NCBI GenBank assembly: GCA_964016885.1 | Contig: OZ024763.1 | Location: forward strand, 2,542,001-2,606,000 | Origin: Eledone cirrhosa | Lineage: Eukaryota | DNA: 64,000 nt | Direction: 5' to 3' | Shown: in pieces, positions 50,421-64,000 of the stretch | Layout of the letters: each line of letters begins with the position of its first letter | Position numbering within the stretch: the first letter of the stretch is position 1 | Translations under genes and position numbers: made by a program | The notes under the pieces: generated by a model | Database searches by the model: none | Told to the model about the DNA's origin: nothing | The model's input: only the letters and a program-made list of their open reading frames with translations

Positions 50421-51221
50421 TGTGTGTGTGTGTATATATATATAGTGTGTATGTGTATATATATATGTATATGTAGTGTTGTATTATTTACCATTTCTAC
50501 AGATTGTTTTGTAACCCATGGTTACTAACATAGTAGTAGTTAGATAGTGTAACCCCCCCTCCCCTTTCATATACATATCATTAACAATACAGTGGTAAAC
50601 TCATTACTTTCTAACCTACTACAGTAACCATATATATTCACATATATATATATATACACACATATATATATGTATATATATATATATGTATGTATATGTA
50701 TATATATATATATATATATAAAATGATGATGATATATATATATACACACACTCATATAGATATATGCATACAAGCATACATATTTAAATACACGCATATA
50801 TATATATATGTATATACACACGCATGTATATATATATATACATACAAACATACATCTTTATATATATATATATATATATATATGTATAACTTAACAAAAC
50901 AAACAGTGCCCAAAATATTCTCCACTTTAGAAAATTGCTCCTATATATATTCATATATTTGGAATGGGATACCCACCCCATCCTCCACCTCACCCCCACC
51001 CTACCCCCACTCTAATTACCCCCACTCCAATTACCCCCTACACACCATACACCATTTATTGACACCAACACATGTGCTGGACTGATGTAAACCAAGCTTT
51101 TACACCTGATATCTAGACTTTCTATTAACCGAAAACTCTTCAATCACTGGTACCAGAATATAAGAGCTGTTATATCTTGTTGGTCTTCATTCTCCTTCTT
51201 TCGATATTAACACTTTCTATT

Positions 51222-52047
51222 TTAACCCTTACCATTTACATTACTCTATATATACTATTGTATTTTCACAGTAAAGGCTTTACCTCACATAATATCTCAC
51301 ATAACATTTTCATTACTCTATATATACTATTGTATTTTCACAGTAAAGGCTTTACCTCACATAATATCTCACATAACATTTTCATTACTCTATATATACT
51401 ATTGTATTTTCACAGTAAAGGCTTTACCTCACATAATATCTCACATAACATTTACATTACTTTATATTTACTATTGTATTTTCACAGTAAAGGCTTTACT
51501 TCACATAATATCTCACATAACATTTACATTACTCTATATATACTATTGTATTTTCACAGTAAAGGCTTTACTTCACATAATATCTCACATAACATTTACA
51601 TTACTTTATATTTACTATTGTATTTTCACAGTAAAGGCTTTACCTCACATAATATCTCACATAACATTTACATTACTTTATATTTACTATTGTATTTTCA
51701 TGGTAAAGGCTTTACTTCACATAATATCTACATTACTTTATATTTACTATTGTATTTTCACAGTAAAGGCTTTACCTCACATAATATCTCACATATAATT
51801 TACATTACTCTATATACACTATTGTATTTTCATGGTAAAGGCTTTACCTCACATAATATCTCACATAACATTTACATTACTTTATATTTACTATTATATT
51901 TTCACAGCTATGTATGAGATTTTGATTTTATTTATTTTAAGAACAATACCTTAACATAAGTATGAGCAGCTGATTACAACCGGTTTGAACAGAAAGAGGT
52001 GAGATAATTCTGGCCAGGTACGGCTGGTTTAAATGTTAAAGGGTTAA
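51222..52047 (+). mobile_element. TTAA-type (piggyBac-like) MITE with internal 72-bp array (~9.5 units)
   Basis: TTAA CCCTTACCATTTA ... TAAATGTTAAAGGG TTAA. Confidence 0.85.
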
Positions 52048-52876
52048 AGGTGGTGAATTGGCAAAGTTGCTAGAACATCAGATAGAATACTTTGAGTTAT
52101 TTATTCCAGTTCTCTGTTGCTTTCTCTGAGTTCAAATCCCACCGAGGTCAACTTTGCCTTTCAGCCATCTTGAGAATGTGACAATGTAATGAAGTGGATG
52201 TAGTTGATTTTCTGTTGATTTTCTGTTGATTTTCTGTTGATTTTCTGTCTAAATAAGAAACCAACATTTTTTAAAGATAGACAGCAAATTAACAGAGTTG
52301 TTAAAACATCAGATAGAATACTTTTTGGCATTTGTTTTGGCTCTCTAGCTGCCCTGAGTTCAAATCCCACCGAGGTCAATTTTGCTTTTCATCTTTTCGA
52401 AATCGATAAAAAAAAAAAGATACTAGTTTACTACTGGGGTCTTTTGTTATCTCCCTTTCTCACTTCCTTTCTAATGTTCAACGTATCTCACAGGATCCTT
52501 CATCCCAGCATGCTACCCTAGCAATAAATATAAATTACCTCTACCATTTGGAAATGGTAGAGGTAATGACTCCATATTTCACCTGTTAATTATATTTCAC
52601 CTGTTAATTATATTTTACCTGTTAATTATATTTTACCTGTTTGCTTTGAAAATATTACATTTTTTTTATTCTTCTTTTATAAAGAGTTTTCTTCAGCCTT
52701 CATGATCTTTTCCTCTTTCTCTCCATCTCTATATATATATATACATACATATATATATATATTATGACTTGATGGTGGCTGACCGGGCTAGAAGCTGCTA
52801 AATGTTCAGCCGTCCTCATGTCTCTGCTTTTCAGCCCCATGGATTTTGTCTATTATATTCCTTTATTATATTTCGA

Positions 52877-52940
52877 ATACCTGATGATGTCACCGGATTC
52901 ATACTGAACCCGGTCATTGAAATGTTCATAGTATAATAAA
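52877..52940 (+). ncRNA. Type I hammerhead ribozyme motif followed by AATAAA
   Basis: ATAC-CTGATGA-TGTCACCGG...CCGGTCATT-GAAA-TG TT CA-TA-GTAT-AATAAA. Confidence 0.65.
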
Positions 52941-53389
52941 CCTTTTAAGGAGGTACACCAGTCCAGCCTCCTGTTATTTTATAATAATTAACTCCGTACT
53001 TTCACCACCAACACCACAAACGAAGACGGGTGAGTTGCATTACGTTGAGTGCTCTCCCTAATATTACATCGAGGTTGACCATACGGAATGACCAGTTCTA
53101 TCCAGTGGTGAACCAACAAACCTAAATAAACTTTCTCGTCATTTGATTTGTTGGACTTAAGCCCACAAGATTCATTGACTTGTCTCTCTTTTCCTCTCTT
53201 TACGTTGCATTACTACCATGTTGTTTGTTTCCTTTCCTCTCTTTTCCTCTGTCCCGATAACTTAATTTAGTTATCGCTCGCACTGATTTTAGGTATCTAG
53301 TCTTTAATGCGAAGAAATACCAATGAGAATCAGCAGACTACTGATGATGGACATTCTTGTTTCTCAGTCTATTTTTATTCATATATATA

Positions 53390-53612
53390 TATATATCACT
53401 CCCTCTCTGTCTCTGTCTTTCTCTACCTCAATATATAAATACATTTGTCTATCTATCTATATATCTCTCTATCATTCTCCCCAATATATATATATCTGTC
53501 TATCTCTCTCTCTTCCTCCCTACCTCTATAAATCCCCCTCTCTATATATATCTCTATATATCTCTCCCTCTCTATATACATCATTCTCTCCCTCTCTATA
53601 TACATCTGTCTA

Positions 53613-53643
<31 letters not shown>

Positions 53644-54260
53644 CTCTCTATCATTCTCTCCCTCTCTGTATACATCTGTCTATCTCTCTCTATCCCTCTC
53701 TCCCTATCATTCTCTCCCTCTCTGTATACATCTGTCTCTCTCTCTATTCCTCTCTATATATATCTCCCTATCATTCTCTCCCTCTCTGTATACATCTGTC
53801 TCTCTCTCTCTCTCTCTATTCCTCTCTATATATATCTCCCTATCATTCTCTCTCTATCTGTATACATCTGTCTCTCTCTCTCTATTCCTCTCTCTCTCTC
53901 TCTCTCTCTATTCCTCTCTCTCTCTCTCTCTATTCCTCTCTCTCTCTCTCTATTCCTCTCTCTCTCTCTCCCTCTCTCTCTCTCTCTATTCCTCTCTCTC
54001 TCTCTCTCTATTCCTTTCTCTCTCTCTCTCTCTCTATTCCTCTCTATATATATCTCCCTATCATTCTCTCTCTATCTGTATACATCTGTCTCTCTCTCTC
54101 TATTCCTCTCTCTCTCTCTCTATTCCCCTCTCTCTCTCTCTATTCCTCTCTCTCTCTCTCTCTATTCCTCTCTCTCTCTCTCTCTATTCCTCTCTATATA
54201 TATCTCTCTATCATTCTCTCCCTCTCTATATACATCTGTCTATCTCTATCTCACCCTTCC
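53390..54260. repeat. (CT)n/(CTAT)n compound satellite
   Basis: Seen directly. Confidence 0.9.
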
Positions 54261-54542
54261 TATCTCTGGTCCTTTTCCTCCCTTCTACACTCCCTCACAT
54301 AAATCATGTTGATATTTCAGTTATTTAGGGTCCGGTTATCCTTGTTAACATCTGAAGTTAATTCACCGATGGTTGATATTAGTTTTTCTGCCCCATTAGG
54401 GACCAGTGGTTCGGAAGTAGCATAATACTCTTTATTTCCCATGAAACCCGTAACCAGACCCCTAAATAAGTCCATATTTCTTTAAAGGTCTTTTGTTCTT
54501 TAATTGATAACAAGTTTGTTTTTTACTCAGTCCCAATTTTTT

Positions 54543-56306
54543 TTAACCCTTTCATTACCATATTTCTAATGAAAGACACTGTCTATGTCATTAACCCTTT
54601 CATTACCATATTTCTAATGAAAGACACTGTCTATGTCATTAACCCTTTCATTACCATATTTCTAATGAAAGACACTGTCTATGTCTTTAACCCCTTCACT
54701 ACCATATTTCTAATGAAAGTCACTGTCTATGTCATTAACCCTTTCATTACCATATTTCTAATGAAAGGCACTGTCTATGTCATTAACCCTTTCATTACCA
54801 TATTTCTAATGAAAGACACTGTCTATGTCATTAACCCTTTCATTACCATATTTCTAATGAAAGACACTGTCTATGTCATTAACCCTTTCATTACCATATT
54901 TCTAATGAAAGACACTGTCTATGTCTTTAACCCCTTCACTACCATATTTCTAATGAAAGTCACTGTCTATGTCATTAACCCTTTCATTACCATATTTCTA
55001 ATGAAAGACACTGTCTATGTCATTAACCCTTTCATTACCATATTTCTAATGAAAGACACTGTCTATGTCATTAACCCTTTCATTACCATATTTCTAATGA
55101 AAGACACTGTCTATGTCATTAACCCTTTCATTACCATATTTCTAATGAAAGACACAGTCTATGTCATTAACCCTTTCATTACCATATTTCTAATGAAAGA
55201 CACTGTCTATGTCATTAACCCCTTCACTACCATATTTCTAATGAAAGACACTGTCTATGTCATTAACCCTTTCATTACCATATTTCTAATGAAAGACACT
55301 GTCTATGACATTAACCCTTTCATTACCATATCTCTAATGAAAGACACTGTCTATGTCATTAACCCTTTCATTACCATATTTCTAATGAAAGACACTGTCT
55401 ATGTCATTAACCCTTTCATTACCATATTTCTAATGAAAGACACTGTCTATGTCTTTAACCCTTTCATTACCATATTTCTAATGAAAGACACTGTCTATGT
55501 CATTAACCCTTTCATTACCATATTTCTAATGAAAGACACTGTCTATGTCTTTAACCCTTTCATTACCATATTTCTAATGAAAGACACTGTCTATGTCATT
55601 AACCCTTTCATTACCATATTTCTAATGAAAGACACTGTCTATGTCATTAACCCTTTCATTACCATATTTCTAATGAAAGACACTGTCTATGTCATTAACC
55701 CTTTCATTACCATATTTCTAATGAAAGACACTGTCTATGTCTTTAACCCTTTCATTACCATATTTCTAATGAAAGACACTGTCTATGTCATTAACCCTTT
55801 CATTACCATATTTCTAATGAAAGACACTGTCTATGTCTTTAACCCTTTCATTACCATATTTCTAATGAAAGACACTGTCTATGTCATTAACCCTTTCATT
55901 ACCATATTTCTAATGAAAGACACTGTCTATGTCATTAACCCTTTCATTACCATATTTCTAATGAAAGACACTGTCTATGTCATTAACCCTTTCATTACCA
56001 TATTTCTAATGAAAGACACTGTCTATGTCATTAACCCTTTCATTACCATATTTCTAATGAAAGACACTGTCTATGTCTTTAACCCTTTCATTACCATATT
56101 TCTAATGAAAGACACTGTCTATGTCATTAACCCTTTCATTACCATATTTCTAATGAAAGACACTGTCTATGTCATTAACCCTTTCATTACCATATTTCTA
56201 ATGAAAGACACTGTCTATGTCATTAACCCTTTCATTACCATATTTCTAATGAAAGACACTGTCTATGTCATTAACCCTTTCATTACCATATTTCTAATGA
56301 AAGACA
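54543..56306. repeat. 48-bp minisatellite, ~37 copies, unit starts TTAACCCTTT
   Basis: TTAACCCTTTCATTACCATATTTCTAATGAAAGACACTGTCTATGTCA. Confidence 0.97.
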
Positions 56307-56833
56307 TGTTTGAAACATAACTTAACATAAAAGTTCTTTGATAAAATTATAGTAGCGATAGTTGTGGTAGTGGTGTTGGTGGTTGTGATAATAGTGGTTG
56401 TGGTAGTGGTGCTGGTGGTTGTGGTAGTAGTGCTGGTGGTTGTGGTAGTGGTGCTGGTGGTTGTGATAATAGTGGTTGTGGTAGTGGTGGTGGTGGTTGT
56501 GGTAGTGGTGATGGTGGTTGTGGTGCTGGTGGTTGTGGTAGTGGTGCTGGTGGTTGTAGTGATGCTGGTGATTGTTGTAGTGATGCTGGTCGTAGTGGTA
56601 GTTGAAATGATACAGGTGGTAGTGGTAGTGGTGGTAGTGGTAGCAGTACTAGTGGCTCCGGTGTTGCTTATGGTGCTAATGGTAGTGGTGCTGGTAGTAG
56701 TAGTAGTAGTAGTAGTAGCAGTCTTGATAAGTTTTCTATTAATTACATAAAGATTTTAATTAAATCTCAACAACCATTAAAGTACCATCATTTCACTGTT
56801 AATTTAGTCTTGAAGAGGATGGAGACTTCTATT

Positions 56834-56867
<34 letters not shown>

Positions 56868-57771
56868 TCATTAAGACTTCATTCACTTCCTCTTCTCTTT
56901 CTCTCTCCTTCATTTATTTATTTAGTCTTCAAGAGGATTCATTTGTTCTTTCTTGCCTTCTTTTTTTTCATTGTTTCTTTGTTGCTTTCTTTTTTTTTCC
57001 TTTGTTTCTTTCTTTCATTTTCTCTCTCTCTTTCTCTCTCCTTCATTAAGACTTCATTCATTTCCTCTTTCTTTTTTTCTCATTCATTTATTTTAATTAT
57101 TTGTTTGGATTTTCCTATTATTTATATTTGCACTTTTCTGAATTTCTTCGTTAGTTGAGTACATCCCCACCCCTGCCCCCTCACCATTCTCCACCACCAC
57201 CACCACCCTCCTTGTCTTCAACACCCCACCCTTTTTTTCATGTGCTCTACCCCCACCCCTTCCCTCCTCTCCATTCTACCCCCCCCCCCCCCCCCCCCCC
57301 CCCACCACCACGCCCTCCTCTCTCCTCGACCCCCCACCCACCCATCCTCTCCCCTCCACCTGACCCAACTCCTTCATTTCGCTTCCGTCATTCCACCACT
57401 GTCATCAACACCGCCACACCCAGACCACCGCCAACACCAACACCCCCATCTACCAACATTACAACCCACCCCACCGCCACCACCCCACCCCACCACCACC
57501 AACACCACCTCCACCACACCCTACCACCAACATTACATCACCCACCACCCCTTCAACTCTTTCAGTTCCCATTCAACAATATCTTAATTTCTTCCCAAAC
57601 CTCCCGCTCCCCCTCATCCCTCCCCCATCCCGCTCCTCCTCACCCCGCCATCCCACTAGTTCCCCCCCCCCACTCTCATCTAATCAGAGTTAATTGGTTT
57701 TTAATGTTATCTAATATTGTTTCATTTGGTGATGTTCTTTGCAATAACTTCATCTGACCAGACTCTTTAGA

Positions 57772-57829
<58 letters not shown>

Positions 57830-57874
57830 TGACAGACTGATAGAGAGACAGACTGACTGATAGATAGAGAGAGA

Positions 57875-58445
57875 GATATGTTTCTTTATTAGCCACAGGG
57901 GCACAAAAGAAGGCGGGGAAGTTTACATACAATAAAAACGTGTAAAATGTTATCACAAATGCAATTTAAAAGTTAATCGATTTTCCCCAATAGGGGGAGA
58001 CATTACATATGGGTAACACATACCCCCGAAAATATGTGCAACCCTCATCTCCAGGAGTACAATGAGTGAGTACTTCCTTTGCTCTCTTCCTCTTTTTCCT
58101 CAACCTACAGGCTGATATAGAGAGAAGGCCCAACCACTGGGCCATTCTCGCCACTTTCACCCACCTTTCATAGATAGATAGATAGATATGTTTCTTTATT
58201 AGCCATAGGGGGACAAATACAAAGGGGGAAGTTTGCATACAATAAAAACGTGTAAAATATCACAAATGCAATTTAAAAATTAATCGATTTTCCCCAAATA
58301 GGGGGAGACATTACATATGGGTAACACATACCCCCGAAAAATGTGTAACCCTCATCTCCAGGAGTACGAAGAGTGAGTACCCCTTTGCTCTCTTCCTCTT
58401 TTTCCTCAACCTACAGGCTGATATAGAGAGAAGGCCCAACCACTC
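57875..58445 (-). mobile_element. Two tandem Tx1/L1-like 3' fragments, each ending AATAAA + microsatellite
   Basis: 57875-58168 and 58186-58445 near-identical; ERWVKVARMA remnant; CCCCAATAGGGGG shared with 44507. Confidence 0.6.
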
Positions 58446-59458
58446 GGGATGGAGATACCAAACTGTTGACCATGATGTAAATCTGTTGTTAACCTTTAAC
58501 TACCAGTACAGTGGCTGTTGTGATGTTATAGGACAGTGGACATAGTGTGGTGATTGTAGTGGTGGTGGTGGTGGTGTTGGTGGTAATGTAGTGGTGGTAA
58601 TGTAGTGGTGGTGGTGTTGGTGGTAGTGTAGTGGTTGTGGTGATGGTGGTAGTGTAGTGGTAGTGCTGATGGTGGTAGTAGTATAGTGGTTGTGGTGATG
58701 TTATAGGACATAGTGTGGTGGTGTTGGTGGTAGTGTAGTGGTGGTGATGGTGGTAGTGTAGTGGTAGTGCTGATGGTGATAGTGTAGTGGTAGTGCTGAT
58801 GGTGGTAGTGTAGTGGTAGTGCTGATGGTGGTAGTGTAGTGGTGGTGATGGTGGTAGTGTAGTGGTGCTGATGGTGGTAGTGTAGTGGTAGTGCTGATGG
58901 TGGTAGTAGTATAGTGGTTGTGGTGATGGTAGTGCGGTGGTGGCAGTGAAATGTTTGTGGTGATTGTAGTGGTAGTGTTGATTGTAATGTAGTGGTGGTT
59001 TTGATGGTAGTGATGGTGGTGTTGATGGTGGTAGTGTAGTGGTTGTGGTGATGGTAGTGCGGTGGTGGTAGTGAAATGTTTGTGGTGATGGTAGTGTAGT
59101 GGTAGTGTTGATCGTAATGTGGTGGTGGTGGTTTTGATGGTAGTGGTGGTAGTGATGGTGGTAGTGTAGTGGTTGTGGTAGTATAATGGTGGTGATGGTA
59201 GTGTAATAGTAATGGTAATAGTGGAGTTGTCTCCCTTCTCTCTCTCCTCTCCTACCAATATCTCTAGTTCTATTATTACAAACATCTGTTGTCTGTTTCA
59301 CTGTTGCAACTCAACCACAAATTCCTTACTTTCTGGTGCTGAACCATTTAATGAGAACTAATTTGAAGAAACATGTAAAGATCTACACACACACACACAC
59401 ACATGTTAAGTATTTCCGTAGAAAAGGTAAAGGAATGAAGAGTGCTCTATGTATAGTA

Positions 59459-59790
59459 CATCATCATCATCATCATCATTTCATTTTACGTCCACTTTTC
59501 CCTGCTTGCAAGGGTGGGACGGGAACTGATGCTGGTTGGATGCCCTTCCTAACACCAACCTCATTTACAGTGAGTGCTGGGTGCTTTTTTGCCGTGGCAC
59601 CTCCACGACCACTTTGCAGTGGAATGATAGGGACCCCAGTCCCTATCATCTCATTTCTACAGCTGAGTAAACTGGAGCAATGTGAAATAAAGTGTCTTGC
59701 TCAAGGAAACAACACATCACCCGGTCTGAGAATTGAACTCACAACCTTTTGATTGCAAGCCCAATGCTCTAACCACTAAGCCATGTACCT
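59459..59790 (-). mobile_element. SINE family A
   Basis: Near-identical to the other copies. Confidence 0.9.
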
Positions 59791-59832
59791 CTACGGAGCT
59801 ATTTAATTACATAATAAACAACACAATATAAT

Positions 59833-59906
59833 TATTCCATTACCAAAGGTTTCAGGAGACTAGACCATCCTTACAGAAACACCTAGTTCGTTCATCAGAT
59901 GAAATA
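59833..59906 (-). ncRNA. Type I hammerhead ribozyme motif
   Basis: Minus strand TATTTCAT-CTGATGA-ACGAACTAGG...TCTAGTCTCCT-GAAA-CC TTT GG-TA-ATGGAATA; base of stem II imperfect. Confidence 0.6.
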
Positions 59907-59971
59907 GTTATGTTTTGGATATACGATTTGAAATTAATATCGATTAAAAATGAAAGTGTGGCTGAGTTAAA

Positions 59972-60241
59972 ATAATTGTTTCTACTTTTTGGCACAAGGC
60001 CAGCAATTACCCCAGTGTATTACTGGTACTTTATTTTATCAACCCTGTAATAATTGTTTCTACTTTTGGCACAAAGCCAGCAATTATCCCAGTGTATTAC
60101 TGGTACTTTATTTTATCGACCCCGTAAGGATGAAAGGCAAAGTTAACCTCGGCGGGATTTGAACTCAGACCATAAAGGGCCGTAACTCTTTGCTGCAGAG
60201 CATGGCGTCCGACCCTCTACCGATACTGCCAATCCACCGCC
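59972..60241 (-). mobile_element. SINE family B with duplicated tail
   Basis: Similarity to 24351-24542. Confidence 0.85.
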
Positions 60242-60476
60242 TGTGGCTGAGTTTAAGTAATGGAAAATATATATACATGTACACACAGATTCAGATATTC
60301 ATTCATACATGCACACACACACGCATTAAAAGACATGCACACATCTATACATACAACCAAAACATATACTCTTACATGAATATATAATCGCATCAAACAC
60401 ATAATATATATACATATGTGATCCTGTATAGGGTGAAAGCAGCCCCCTTCGGATTTTGGGTCTTTGTAATTATTAT

Positions 60477-60514
<38 letters not shown>

Positions 60515-60620
60515 TTATATTTATAGGTGTGTGTGTGTCTGTCTGTCTGTATATATATGTGTATATGTGTGTGTATATTTGAGTTTATCTGTCAGTGTGT
60601 TGTGTCTGTGTATGTATGTG

Positions 60621-60651
<31 letters not shown>

Positions 60652-60699
60652 CTATATATATATATCTGTGTGTGTGTGTCTATATATATATATATATCA

Positions 60700-61375
60700 G
60701 TGTGTGTACCTCTCTATATCTGTGTACCTCACTGTATCTGTGTGTGTGTGTGTGTGTGTGTCTATATATATATATCTGTGTGTGTACCTCTCTATATCTG
60801 TGTGTGTACCCCTATCTGTGTGTGTACCTCACTGTATCTATCTGTGTGTGTGTGTGTACCTCTCTATATATATATATATCTGTGTGTGTACCTCTCTATA
60901 TCTGTGTGTGTACCCCTATCTGTGTGTGTACCTCTCTATATCTGTGTGTGTACCCCTATCTGTGTGTGTACCTCTCTATATCTGTGTGTGTACCCCTATC
61001 TATGTGTGTACCTCTCTATATCTCTGTGTGTACCTCACTATATCTGTGTGTGTACCCCTATCTGTGTGTGTACCTCTCTATATCTGTGTGTGTACCCCTA
61101 TCTGTGTGTGTACCTCTCTATATCTGTGTGTGTACCCCTATCTGTGTGTGTACCTCTCTATATCTGTGTGTGTACCCCTATCTGTGTGTGTACCTCACTA
61201 TATCTGTGTGTGTACCTCACTATATCTGTGTGTGTACCCCTATCTGTGTGTGTACCCCTATCTGTGTGTGTACCCCTATCTGTGTGTGTACCTCACTATA
61301 TCTGTGTGTGTACCCCTATCTGTGTGTGTACCTCACTATATCTGTGTGTGTACCCCTATCTGTGTGTGTACCTCC
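60700..61375. repeat. 18/22-bp alternating minisatellite TATCTGTGTGTGTACC
   Basis: Seen directly. Confidence 0.9.
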
Positions 61376-61494
61376 CTCTGCAGTAGACAGGACATATGTT
61401 TGATTTGAGGAACCAATGTTTGAATTTCTATATCAATAATATCTCTAATAATTGAACAGCTATAGATATATTTGGGATGATTTCTGTCTCATAA

Positions 61495-61533
<39 letters not shown>

Positions 61534-62166
61534 CGGTAGTAGTAGTAAGGTTACCTCACAACGCTGCCCCACACCCCACTCTGCACCCATCCCAGACCAA
61601 CATATACATATTTCTGTGTAGTGGTTGTCTCCCTCCTCTCTCATCCCCCTCCTTCCCCCCCACTACCCCTCCCCCCACTGCCCCACACTCTCCCCCTTCG
61701 CCATAACGTCCCCCTCTCTCTCCTGCCCCACTGCCGCCATCCATCACCACACCACTCCCCCTGCTTCCCCCTTCGCCGCCACCCCTCTCTCTTGAGCCAC
61801 TTCCCCACCCCCCTCTATCACCCACTCCTCTCTCTCCCCCATCTCCCCCTTCTCCCCCTCTCACCACCACCACCCTCTCTTTCACTCGAGCCACCTCCAC
61901 ATCCAAACCTCACCTCTTTCTAGCACCCACCAACACACCATCCATCACCCCCCCCATCACGTCCCCCTCACACTACCCACCACTAATAACCCCCCACCCC
62001 CAGACCACCACACACATTAACAATTCCTATATACTCCACGGTACATCTCTGCAGGATGCGCTCCTTTGATTTTAAAGTGCTGCATTCAAATGTAGAACTT
62101 GTTAACAGCCGCATGTCACGGTTGAATGAATGCATTTTTAACTGGATTGCACACACGTTATACATA

Positions 62167-62208
<42 letters not shown>

Positions 62209-62217
62209 CACATATAT

Positions 62218-62256
<39 letters not shown>

Positions 62257-62628
62257 AACATGTGTATAATCATTTTCAACTGTAGGTTACATGTACTCAT
62301 ATAGAGGTATATATACTTTTATATATATATATATATTATATAATTATATATTTTATATATATATATATATATATAGCACTCTCTTTTCCTTTACCTTTCC
62401 TACGGAAATACTTTATATATATACATACATACATACATACTTACATACATACATACATACATACGTACGTACGTACGTACGTACGTACGTACGTATGTAT
62501 GTATGTATATATATATATTGAACTATAGTTTGCATATTTATAATCAGGTATTTTTAATCAGGTATTTTTAATCAGGTATTTTTTTTCAGCTATAATTTAT
62601 ATATTTAAATATATATACATATGTATAA

Positions 62629-62714
<86 letters not shown>

Positions 62715-62857
62715 TAAAATGTGATTCTATAGACATGTTTTATTGGTAATTCTATAAACATGTTTTATGATATATAGCTCTGATTATTTAATTTATTAAT
62801 TCTTCATTGAGCCACAAAGTGACCCGTTGCAAAACACATTTATATTTATGACTTTAT

Positions 62858-63150
62858 CATTTCATTTCATTTTACGTCTGCTTCTCCCTGCTTGCAAGGG
62901 TGGGACGGGAACTGATTCTGGCTTGATTTCTACAGCTGGATGCCCTTCCTAACACCAACCTCATTTACAGTGAGTGCTGGGTGCTTTTTTGCCGTGGCAC
63001 CTCCACGACCACTTTGCAGTGGAATGATAGGGACCCCCTTGGAATGAAACAGTTCTAGTCCTGTAGAAGCCATTACTATATTAAAAATGTATACTTTGCT
63101 ATGTATTGAGTACCTTACTTACTGTGGTTACCCCCGATTGAACCTGGGAC
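62858..63150. mobile_element. Partial SINE A (-) abutting a partial hammerhead/palindrome element
   Basis: 62858-63037 SINE 3' half; 63041-63150 GAATGAAACAGTTCTAGTCCTGTAGAA...GTATTGAGTACCTTAC. Confidence 0.75.
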
Positions 63151-64000
63151 ACACACACACAGATACACACACACACACATATATATATATATAATCATCC
63201 TTTTACATCAATTTTCCCTGCTTGCTTGGGATGAGAGAGAGACAGACAGATAGACAGACAGAGAGACAGAGAGGCACAGACAGAGAGAAAGACAGAGAGA
63301 CAGACAGAGAGACACAGACAGAGAGACACAGACAGAGAGACACACAGAGAGACAGACAGAGAGAGAGACAGACAGACAGAGAGAGACAGACTGACAGAGA
63401 GAGACAGACTGACAGAGAGAGACAGACAGACACAGAGACAGAGAGACGGGTAGACAGACAGACAGAAAGAATGAGAGTCAGACAGACAGAGAGAGAGAGA
63501 CAGAGAGAGAGACAGACAGAGAGAGAGAGAGAGAGACCAGTATAACTTGTTAGATGAGGTTTAACTTAATAGTTTATTGTTCTTTAAAATATGTTAAATA
63601 TTTCATTACAGACTTAACTTGCTGAATTAATTTTGTAAATCTAGGAGTAGATATCTGGCTGTGGGGGAGGAGGTTTGGGCAGGTAACTGTAGGGTTTTCA
63701 CTTCCATCCTACCTTAAGACTCCTCGTTAGTATAAGACTCCTCGTTAGTATAGCTTCTCTATAACCATTACCTCTATAACCATTACTGTAGTACAGAAAC
63801 TGTGAGAAACCACCATTTTATATATATGTCTAATGGTAGCTAAGGTGCTTGCATAGGTGGTATGCAGGTTGAGCACTCTATGCTCTTACAGAGCAGAGTA
63901 TGATAGAATGGAAAACGAAAAATCAGTGATGCATCGGAACTCAATTTATTGTGTGTTATAATTGATTTTGGAGCATATGCTCCGAAATCAATAGACGTGT

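Noticed and set aside
54569-56320. 583-aa repeat ORF
   Set aside because: Artefact of a 48-bp tandem unit

Overview
Repeat-saturated animal genomic DNA, most likely cephalopod (Octopus-like, inferred from the SINE/LINE complement and very high microsatellite density). The only convincing long protein-coding sequence is a young RTE-clade LINE on the minus strand (14507-17527). It encodes an APE endonuclease, a reverse transcriptase and an internal PHD-like finger, has lost its 3' end, and has about 1.9 kb of nested, near-identical tandem repeats upstream. The rest is two tRNA-derived SINE families, 3' fragments of RTE and Tx1-like LINEs, TTAA- and hAT-type MITEs, microsatellites and minisatellites, many of the minisatellites traceable to transposon modules. 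The most notable unannotated signal is nine type I hammerhead ribozyme motifs (eight with intact core boxes, one decayed), folded by eye. They resemble the minimal motifs of Penelope-like elements and include a back-to-back pair inside a perfect 128-bp palindrome. A CpG-rich putative promoter near 3.4 kb and a few spliceable unique islands hint at host genes, but no host protein could be recognised. Nearly all ORFs in the supplied track are repeat artefacts.
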